64,000 bases of DNA, taken from Eledone cirrhosa. Lineage: Eukaryota. Below are positions 53,348 through 64,000 of this stretch, in pieces; the stretch's first letter is position 1; each line of letters opens with the position of its first letter. Location: positions 214,272,001-214,336,000 of the forward strand of contig OZ024743.1 in NCBI GenBank assembly GCA_964016885.1, in the 5' to 3' direction. The notes below the pieces were generated by a model, which saw only the letters and a list, made by a program, of their open reading frames with translations, was not told the DNA's origin and did not search any database. Both the position numbers and the translations under genes were made by a program.

Positions 53348-54218
53348 ATATATTGGTAAACGGAAAAGAAAATGCTGACAAATTGTTCACAGTGAAAAAT
53401 AGTTTAATTAGGAATAAGTGAGAATTAGTAATAGTATTGGTTAGTATTCAGTTTTGGTTTTAAGTTTTACCGGTTGCGCATTTCTAATGTTTTCAAAAAT
53501 AATTTTGAGATAGAGCGTCTGTGATGTTTGCTCTAATCTGATTAGTTTTGGAAATTCTACATGTTTTTATGTGAAAAAAGTGGCTCCAGCGGTACTAAAA
53601 TAAGTTTCGCGCCAATTCGTGTTGCAAAAATTCTTGTGGTCAAAACAATTTTGATTGGTCGGTAGAGGTCATGTGAATGTTAAAAATTGATTTTGTGCCA
53701 AATGTAGGTTTGTGTCGGCTGATTGAGAAGTCACTGAAAAATAAGTCTTTCAAAACAAATATGTGTGTGTGTGTAGTAGTAGTAAAGAGGTTCGTTGCTG
53801 TGATAATGGTCAGCAGGGATGCAGGGATGCAGGGATGCAGTGACTTCTCAATCAGCCGACACAAACCAAACATTTGGCGCAAAATCAATTTTTAACATTC
53901 ACATCACCTCTACCGATCAATCAACATTGTTTTGACCACAATAATTTTTTCAACACGAATTGGCGCAAAACCTATTTCAATACCGCTGGAGCCACTTTTT
54001 TCACATAAAAACAAGTAGAATTTCAAAAACTAATCAGATTAAAGCAAACATCACGGACGCTTATCTCAAAATTATTTTTGTAAAGAATTAGAAATGCGCA
54101 ACCGGTAAAACTTAAAACTAAAACTGAATACTAACCAATACTATTACTAATTCTCACTTATTCCTAATTAAATTATATTTCACTGTGAACAATTTGTCAG
54201 CATTTTCTTTTCCGTTTA

Positions 54219-54227
<9 letters not shown>
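53348..54227. repeat. Inverted repeat with ~390-bp arms (53348-53736 / 53838-54227) and a 101-bp spacer containing (cagggatg)x3
   Basis: The arms are reverse complements with dispersed substitutions. Followed by (TA)n. Confidence 0.88.
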
Positions 54228-54274
<47 letters not shown>

Positions 54275-54469
54275 TTTTTCAAATTCACATTCAATGAAAA
54301 TACTAGGATTTTTTCATTCTCACGATTGAAAGCAGATTTATTTGTTTTCAAGAAACCACTGGTAAATGAAATAATCATCTTATGTTGTTTATTACATAAA
54401 TAAGCTCCGTAACCTACATAGAGCACTCTGTTTTCCTGGACCTTTCCGACGGAATTACTTCATTTACAG

Positions 54470-54599
<130 letters not shown>

Positions 54600-55008
54600 T
54601 CAAATGTGGCGGTCATTCGAGGCGAGAGAGAGCAACTTTACGGACACGAATTTTGACAGCGGTAAGAAATTATTTTCTTATATCAAAATTTAACGGGCTT
54701 CCACTGATGATTTATAAGTGCCCACCTAAATATATTGTTACATGAATATATATTAGGCTTCTACATAAACTGGAAACATTCTCCCAACTTGTAGAAAACT
54801 TATAATGAAACAATTGTTTGGAAAGAGAGATATACTTTAACTTTAATTATATCTCATAAAATAATACAACTGGTTTTTCCACATTATACAAATTGTTAGC
54901 ACCCCAAACACTTAAATTGGGTTTATATTTAAATATAACCTAATGTTTGTTGAGTGAGATGGTTACCAGTCAGAGTTTAGCTTTAAACTATCTCGTTATT
55001 GTATTAAT

Positions 55009-55043
<35 letters not shown>

Positions 55044-55753
55044 GTGTGTGTGGGTGTGTGTGTGTGTGTGCATGTGTATTTATGTGTATATATGTATGCA
55101 TATATGCATTTCATATATATAATGCATATATGTGAGGGATGTAGATGTATCTCAATGTAATATAATACTTATATGCTAATATAATGTATGAACTAGATGA
55201 GGTAGATAAACTGAGGTGCGAAAACTGTAGGAGAAAAAAAGGAACTCAACGCAAAAGATAGAGAATCACTAATAAAATAAATTAGGAAATTATTTTTCAA
55301 ATAGCAGTGAACGCAAGTAGAAGATGGGAGATACTGGATTTTAGATAATAGTATGTCCTACACAAAAATCGTCAGAAATATTGAAATGAGAAAAAAACCA
55401 AATGCAGTAAAAGTATAAAAATATTTTTTCAAAGCGAGCAAATACACTCAAACACACTCACACACACATACACACATACATATACACACACACACATACA
55501 CACACACATACACAGACATACACAGGCGCGCTTGTACACATACAACCCTACATATATGTAGATATATATATTATATATATTTATATATACATTATATATA
55601 TATATAGATAGTATAAATATATATTTATATATTATATGTATATGTATATATGTATATATATATACATATATGTATATACATGTATAGATATGTATATATG
55701 TATATATATATATATATATAAATATATATGTACATATATATATATATATTTGT

Positions 55754-56239
<486 letters not shown>

Positions 56240-56372
56240 TCCAGTCCTACAAACTGTAGAGTGCTTCTTATCCGATATCTGCATTGCTTTATTGTACTAC
56301 AATAAAACTCACCTCCTACATTATATGTATATATATATATATATGTATATATATATAAATATATAGATATAT

Positions 56373-59205
56373 AGTGGCTCTCAAAAGAGAGATTAGAGTA
56401 ACTTCGATAGAGTTCAGCAAAGAACTAGCGTTAGAGAAAAATAGAAAGGATCGGGATTTGGTAGATAAGTTAGACGAGGCTATTTGTAGTGGCATCGCAA
56501 CTGACGTGCTAGCGCCGAGAATGGCATTAGACCATTTCTTCAATGCCAAACACGAAGGTTGCCTTCTCAGAGCTAAGGCGCGTGCGCTGTGAAACGAGGG
56601 AACTAAAGCTGGTCGATGGGCCCGCGTGGCGGAGGCGCAGCGTGGTAATAAAACCACAATTCGGTCTTTGGCGGACCGAGACGGACACGAGATAAGCGAT
56701 TCCAAGCGGATGTGTGAGGCCTTTCGCCAGCACTTTGCTCGGTTGTACAGGGAGAGTGGCGAGTCAGAGAGAGTAGCGGATTTCAGTCCCTACCTTGACG
56801 GCTTGCCGCGCCTCTCGACGGTCGACGCTGAGCGCTGCGAAAGGCCGATTACTTCAGCCGAAATTCAGGACGCCCTTGTCGGCTGCATGAGGCGCAAGTC
56901 ACCCGGTTTGGATGGCCTGCCCTACGAGCTTTACGTAAATATGCCACACTTATTCTCCGAACTCCTCGAAGCACTCTACTGCAACTGGCAGCAGAAAGGG
57001 AGTATTCCCAGTTCTGTGACCAGGGGAGTGGTGACGCTGATAAGGAAAGACGAGAACAAGAGGGATATATTAGACAACTTCAGGCCCATAACTCTTCTCA
57101 ACACAGAGTTTAAGATTTTGGCCAAGGTGTTAGCAAAGAGATTGGCGCTTGTCGTCGAGGATTTGGTTGGGGAGGCACAAACTTGCGCAATCCCAGCCAG
57201 GTCCATACACGACAATCTCCACCACATGCGATACATCATAGAGAGGGTAGGGTGTAAACCTGGCTTCGGTGGGGCACTGATTTTTTTAGATCAATCGAAA
57301 GCATTCGATAGGGTCGACCATCGGTATCTGGAGTTTGTCCTCAAAGCAGCTAGCTTCGGCCCTGTCTTTAGAAGCTGGATCGTTGCAATGCACAGCGGCA
57401 CACGCTCGGTGGTCAAGGTTATTGACCACCTCTCGGAACCATTTCGGCTCTCCCGATCGGTCCGTGAAGGGTGCCCTCTCTCTTCCCTTCTGTACGCATT
57501 GACTCTCGTGCCTTTACTGTGGAAGCTGGAGCTGTTGTAGAGTATCTCGCTCGAACCGGGAGGCGGAAAGGCGGTGTCGGATTATGCGGACGACATCACC
57601 GTGATGGTGTCGAACACCCCAGAAATCGAGGTGGTCGGCACCTTATTGAATGAATATGAAAGGTTGACAGGAGCCAAACTTAATCCGGAAAAGTCGGTGG
57701 GCTTGCAGCTCGGAACCTGGAGAGGCAAGCCCATGCCGTCCAACAGCGCCGTGGGGCACTGGACAGACGGACCGGTAAAGTTGCTTTGGGTTTGGTTCGG
57801 ACGAGACCTCCAGGTGGAAAAGAATTGGGACGAGGTAACGCGCAGAGAAGCCAGTCTCACCCAAAAATGGGCTGGGAGGAAGCTATCACTGAAAGGTCGC
57901 GCGGAGGTGGCGAATGCGTACATCGCGTCCGTCATCTACTACCGCCTGACCGTCGTGCCTTGTCCCCGTCCAAGCCTCGACAAGTTGGAATGGCTCCTCT
58001 TCAAATTCTTGTGGAGGGGATAAGTTCCGTTGGTGAGGCGGTACATCTGCTGCCAGCACCCTCTACGCGGAGGGCAGGGCATGCTGTGGCTAATGATTTG
58101 CAGACATGCGTTGAGGCTGCGACATCTCCAGATATTCTGCCTCAACGGTGAACATGTGTGGTCGCCGTTTATCAGACGGGCCTTTCCGCAGCTCATTTCT
58201 TTGACTGTGCTGCAGTCCTGGGTCAAGAAGAGACCGAGACTGGGTGACTGGCACCTGGAATGTTGCCAGGCACTCACTGCCCTCTACCAAGCGGGCAATG
58301 CGATCAGTGGAACTTCCACTCTCGAGTTCTGTAGAGGATTAGTGGTGGGCAAGTGCGATGACGCACTCGGAGAAGCTTTGGGCCTCGACGAAGTTGAACT
58401 GACCAGTCTGTACCGGAGGACTTTTGATCCGGGAGCGATGGACAATTTCCAGAAATTCCTCGCTTGGCAGTGCTACCGGGGGCACTGCCGGTTCGGGATA
58501 AACTCTACAGGCACGGAAGTGCTGTCAGACGGACCTGCCCAAGATGCCCACAGAACGACGAAACCGTTCTGCACGCACTTGTCCAATGTCCGTGCATTAC
58601 TGACTTGTCGAGTTATGTCGAACAGCTACTGTCGCGTTTGGAACGAATCCGGCTATCGGCCGAGTCCATAGTGAAGATCGGTCCACCGCCTTCCTTAGGT
58701 CAGGAAGAGCAGGAAATCTTTCTCTGTCTGGTGGCAGTTGCGAAAGAGATTATATGGTGGACCAGGTTGAAAGGACTAAAGAGAGACATTTTTCTCTTCG
58801 GCCAATCCCTCATCAACTTCTTCAAGTTTCACCTGGAAAGGAAGGTGAGGGTGGAGAGAGAAGTGCTGCCCCCCAGTACATTTTCTAAAAGGTGGGTGAA
58901 TGTGGCGAGAATGGCTCGTGTGAATGGGCCTACTCTGACCATGCGACTATAGGCTAGCTAACTTGAGGAGAGGGGTGCTCTCCCTGGGAGCCCTAGAAGC
59001 ACAGGATTGTCACCCCAGGGTCGTCCACCCCCTACCGAGGAATTTATTTTGTTATATTTATGCATAGTTTATTTTATATTTTTATATTTTCATTGTTAAA
59101 TTAGTCTTGCCATCGTGCACTTTTACTCGATCTTAATGTAAACCCCCACTGTCCCTATCTTTGTATTGTCCCCTACATGTCGGCCCTTGTGGCTAATAAA
59201 TGAAA
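56373..59205 (+). mobile_element. L1/Tx1-clade LINE, 5'-truncated ORF2 pseudogene plus 3' UTR
   Basis: KSPGLDGLPYELY, NFRPITLLNTEFKILAKVLAKRL, DQSKAFDRVDH, VREGCPLS, YADDIT, WAGRKLSLKGR and C-terminal CPRC...ETVLHALVQC. Stops at 56590, 57538 and 58021, frameshift at ~58480. T-rich 3' UTR ending near aataaa at 59195. Confidence 0.9.
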
Positions 59206-59877
59206 TCATTATTTTTCACCAATTTTTCATTTATTCTTTATTCTCTATTTATTTATTTTCAAATTATACAAATTATATTATTTATTTTCTGTTTTCTTCA
59301 TTTATTGCCTTATATTTCTTCATATACATGGAAGACCGCCCCCCCACCACCACCACTAAGAGAGATGGTGGCAGGAGGGATGAAGAAAAAACACACACTG
59401 GATACTTCTAAATTGTCAGCAGCAGCAAGACATAAGCTGACCACAACACCAACAACACTACCAAAATAATGGTAGAGGTCAAATGTACTAAAACAATAGC
59501 AAACACAAACACTACAGGGAGCCTCACCCTAGAAAGAATTCTATAGACTTCTGACTGAGGAATGCTCTCAGAACTGACCAATGGGAAGTTTGACACTTTT
59601 TTTGTTATTTTGTTCCTTTAACACCTTGTCCCTTCTACCAATTTATCAATTTTTTAAGCTACCTCCAACAATAACAAGACTTAGAATGAGGAATGTTCTA
59701 ACAACTGACCAATGAGAGGTGAAGAGACCCTTTGACACTGAAATTCGTTTGTTTGAATTCATATGATTCCAGTTCCTCAGTGAAATAACAACCCAACAAG
59801 GAACTGGGCATATCAGAGTATTGACAAAATTATACGCCTCAACAACATATGTACTTGTCTATACCACACTAATTCAG

Positions 59878-59932
59878 ACTGCCTGAAGAGGTCACAGCCA
59901 AAGATGGCTGTCACTGAAATATATATAGCAGT
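59878..59932 (+). ncRNA. Minimal type I hammerhead ribozyme (PLE pseudo-LTR type), immediately followed by AATAAA
   Basis: actgc-CTGAAGA-ggtcacagcca-aaga-tggctgtcact-GAAA-tatata-TA-gcagt-aataaa. Confidence 0.82.
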
Positions 59933-59982
59933 AATAAACGAAGCTAAATTTTAAACATTTGACTTTTTATTTAACTTTATTT

Positions 59983-60058
<76 letters not shown>

Positions 60059-60063
60059 TATAC

Positions 60064-60153
<90 letters not shown>

Positions 60154-60201
60154 TAATAAAATAATGAATAAACAAAGAAAGAGTTCCTTATATTAAAAAA
60201 T

Positions 60202-60339
60202 TCATCATTTTACGATCGTTTCTAGGATATATATGTTAGTGTTGGTGTGCATATCCTATAGATCTATGTAAAATTTTTACAAACTATCAGAGGGAATATA
60301 CATACCTACACATATATATGCTGTCTTCAGAAATAATGA
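60202..60339 (-). ncRNA. Type I hammerhead with a long stem II (left arm of the PLE)
   Basis: Reverse complement tcattattt-CTGAAGA-(~100 nt)-GAAA-cgatcg-TA-aaatgatga. Confidence 0.7.
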
Positions 60340-61055
60340 TATTTGTTTACTGAAAAAACCTACAAAGATTTAATACAATAGGTCTGTTTGGGAACAGGTT
60401 TTGAATTGACCAATAGAAAGATAGTGAAGGTCAAGATAGTAATATAGTAGTAAAAGAACCTTAATTTATGGGTAGAGGAAGGTAGATTTCAGTTTTAGAT
60501 GGAAAGAATATTATGAATTAAAGATTATTTTAGGGATGAGAATAGCTCATATGCTGACCTCAGAAATAATTATATTTGTTCATTGAATAAAGCCAACAAC
60601 GATTTAATATAATAGGTCTGTTTGGGAACAGGTTTTGAATTAACCAATAGAAAGGTAATAAATGGCCAAATGGTAAAATAGTAGTAATTGAAGTTTATTT
60701 TAGGGGTAGAAGAAGGCAGATTTCAGTTTTGAATGGGAGGAGTATGAAGAATGAAAAGGTTATTTTAGCGGTGAAAATAGGTCAGGTCAGTAAAAGGTAA
60801 CACGAAAAGTTGCTGTTATAAAAGAATAATCCCAATGTAAATATCTAAGGAGACTAAAATGTTACGATAAACGTGTTAGTGAAAAAAAAATATATATATG
60901 GAATTTACATCTATGAAAAGAATATAAATTAATTTAATTGATGGGTATATTTATATTGATGAAATTATATTAATGCATATAGATATGATAAATAAGAGTT
61001 AGATGTAATTGAAGTGCTGTTAAAGACGAGGGGAAATTTAAAAAATATAAAAAGA

Positions 61056-61172
<117 letters not shown>

Positions 61173-61442
61173 AATTATTGGGTAGGGGGAGTTAAATTTA
61201 TTAGTGAGAAACAATAAATATATAGAGATTTCAAGGAACATAGAATCATAACCTGTAATTAAAACATTATATATGTTTACTTAATGGTATCAATTTTAGG
61301 AAAAGATAGTTGTAAGAAAGAAAGTGAAATTATGTAGTTCATCAGTAGTAGAATATTAATTATAGGTTAACTAAATTAAAAATAGTTTTTATATTAATTT
61401 CTAAAAAGTATATTAATTAGGTTTATAATATTTAAAGGTTTT

Positions 61443-61928
61443 TCACATTTTATGATTATACGATATTATTAATTCCTGTCGCTTATTTAATAGGATATCC
61501 TTAGATTTAATTATTTCAAAAAGTTCTTGGGAACATAATCTACATTCATATTTATTATTTTGATAAGGGGTGGCCCTTTTGAGCACACCCCAGGTCAGGT
61601 TATAATCTATATTCCTCTTTCTATAATTATTAATTATTTCAGCTAGAGATGTTGTATTAGCTAATGCGGCATTTTTAAAACTATGTTTGTGGGTATTAAA
61701 TCTTACCTTAAATTTGTTAGAGGTAGCTCCTATATATGAATAAATTGAGTGCTTAGTGTTAACTTTACATTTATATACTATGTTATTAACAAGGCAATTT
61801 CCTTTTAATGGGCAGTTTGCTTTGTTTCTACAGTTACAACTGTTCGTGAATCCTATATCAGAGGAGATATTATGGTAGTTTGATGTACTGGTGGTATACT
61901 CATGTCTTTTTTTACATTTATATGCATT
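61443..61928 (-). pseudogene. GIY-YIG endonuclease domain of a Penelope-like element (5'-truncated)
   Basis: CNCRNKANCPLKGNC (CxCx5Cx5C linker, recalled as Naiad-type), IVY...YIG...R..H, CRLC...E...LLNKR.E. The C-terminal part is repeated on the plus strand at 61929-62129, ending SCNHK... Confidence 0.88.
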
Positions 61929-62377
61929 TATATAGATTATCACCTGACCTGGAGTGTGCTCAGAAGGGCCACCCCTTATCAAAATAATAGATATGAATGT
62001 AGATTATGTTCCCAAGAACTTTTTGAAATAAGGAAATCTAAGGATATCCTATTAAATAATCGACAGGAATTAATAATATCGTGTAATCATAAACAGAGAA
62101 AAACCTTTAAATATTATAAACCTAATTAATATACTTTTTAGAAATTAATATAAAAACTCTTTTTAATTTAGTTAACCTATAATTAATATTCTACTACTGA
62201 TGAACTACATAATTTTACTTTGCTTGTTACAACTATCTTTTCCTAAAATTGATACCATTAAGTAAACATATATAATGTTTTAATTTCAGGTTATGATTCT
62301 ATGTTCCTTGAAATCTCTATATATTTATTGTTTCTCACTAATAAATTTAACTCCCCCCCCCCAATAATTTATATATA

Positions 62378-62480
<103 letters not shown>

Positions 62481-63197
62481 TCTTTTTATATTTTTTAAAT
62501 TCCTCTCGTCTTTAACAGCACTCTTCAATTACATCTAACTCTTATTTATCATATCTATATGCATTAATATAATTTTATCAATATAAATATACCCATCAAT
62601 TAAATTAATTTATATTATTTTCATAGATGTAAATTCTATATATATATTTTTTTTTCACTAACACTTTTATCGTAAAGTTTTAGTCTCCTTAGATATTTAC
62701 ATTGGCATTATTCTTTTATAACAGCAACTTTTCGTGTTACCTTTTACTGACCTGACCTATTTTCACCGCTAAAATAACCTTTTCATTCTTCCTACTCCTT
62801 CCATTCAAAACTGAAATCTGCCTTCTTCTACCCCTAAAATAAACTTCAATTACTACTATTTTACCATTTGGCCAATTATTACCTTTCTATTGGTTAATTC
62901 AAAACCTGTTCCCAAACAGACCTATTATATTAAATCTTTTTTGGCTTTATTCAATGAACAAATGTAATTATTTCTGAGGTCAGCATATGAGCTATTCTCA
63001 TCCCTAAAATAATCTTTCATTCATAATATTCTTTCCATCCAAAACTGAAATCTACCTAACTCTACCAATAAATTAAGGTTCTTTTACTACTATATTACTA
63101 TCTTGACCTTCACTATCTTTCTATTGTTCAATTCAAAACCTGTTCCCAAACAGACCTATTGTATTCAATCTGTGTTGGTTTTTTCAGTAAACAAATA

Positions 63198-63335
63198 TCA
63201 TTATTTCTGAAGACAGCATATATATGTGTAGGTATGTATATTCACTCTGATAGTTTGTAAACATTTTACATAGATCTTTAGGATATGCATACCAACACTA
63301 ACATATATATCCTAGAAACGATCGTAAAATAATGA
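63198..63335 (+). ncRNA. Type I hammerhead with a long stem II (right arm of the PLE)
   Basis: tcattattt-CTGAAGA-cagcatatatatgt...acatatatatccta-GAAA-cgatcg-TA-aaataatga. Perfect 9-bp stem I and palindromic stem III ACGATCGT. Confidence 0.75.
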
Positions 63336-63520
63336 ATTTTTTAATATAAGGAACTGTTTTTTTTTGTTTATTCTTTATTTTATTAATTTACCTTGACTCT
63401 GTTTTCCGTTAATTTTCACCCAAAACATTTTTTGAATACATCTTCTCTTTTCATGATATTCGGATTACATTGAGTTCTTCATACGGATTGGACACTACCG
63501 TATATTTTGGTAGATTTATC

Positions 63521-63580
<60 letters not shown>

Positions 63581-63619
63581 TCTTCGCGAGCCAAATTCCC
63601 GGCCTTCCACAGGGGTTTA

Positions 63620-64000
63620 TACCCCGACGAAGATCTGGTTCTATCGAACCTTAAATGGTATTACTTTAGGAAAAACCTGATATCCGCGTTTACTTAGTCA
63701 CCCGCCAACTGTCTTTAAAATCTTCGTCAAGAATATGACCACTAAGATACCAAATCTATTTTCTAACAACCCCATTGTTGACAGAGCGACACCATACTAC
63801 AATTCACCGTTAAACAACAGCGGACTCTCTGACATTTCCTACTGCCCTCACCAGCTTTACACGAAGAGTAGAACGAAAAATAGAAATCAAAACGCAATAA
63901 TTCACCTTTCTTCCATGGAGGTAAAACTAATGTAGGTAAAATAATTCTTAGCACTCTTAGAAAGCACTGCCCTATCAGGTATAAAAATGAAAATCCGCAT
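63620..64000 (+). pseudogene. Degraded Penelope-like (Naiad-like) RT thumb region, running off the window end
   Basis: Across frameshifts it reads YFRK...SHPPTVFK...ATPYYNSPLNNSG...KNRN...NSPFFHGGKTNVGKIILSTLRKHCP, matching the recalled SNHPP...FNPPF...TNIGK.FL...KHFP pattern. Confidence 0.6.

Noticed and set aside
62129-62320. SECIS or an extra hammerhead (ctgatga at ~62197) after the GIY-YIG stop
   Set aside because: There is no in-frame UGA at Cys positions in the visible ORF, no convincing SECIS stem and no matching GAAA/stem III.
63605-63650. ccgacga...cgaacc as a hammerhead
   Set aside because: The core is incomplete, the stems cannot be formed, and the region is better explained as PLE RT coding remnant.

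Overview
AT-rich, microsatellite-laden animal genomic DNA with no supportable host gene. It is probably from an octopod cephalopod, inferred from recalled similarity of the tRNA-derived Nin-type SINE. The first ~19 kb is a head-to-tail array of six R4-clade (Dong/Rex6-like; RT plus restriction-like endonuclease) non-LTR retrotransposons sitting in (TAA)n tracts. One copy is a single 2-bp deletion away from an intact ~1130-aa ORF, and another is a recombinant produced by a 4,590-bp duplication. The rest is transposon debris: SINEs, non-autonomous Helitrons, an RTE 3' end, a 5'-truncated L1/Tx1, a mariner-type MITE and a Naiad-like Penelope element (GIY-YIG) folded into a 3.2-kb inverted repeat. 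The most striking signal is not visible in the ORF track: about 20 intact or degenerate minimal type I hammerhead ribozyme (HHR) motifs from at least 6 repeat families. Nine lie in a non-coding ~450-530-nt repeat (family A) arranged as tandem and inverted arrays between (TA)n tracts. A second family (B, ~324 nt) shares an unusual U.U pair at the base of stem II and an octamer/PSE-like/TATA cassette upstream of the ribozyme. These look like retrozyme-type, circular-RNA-producing non-autonomous retroelements mobilised by Penelope-like elements. All structures were read by eye, and coordinates may be off by a few bases.
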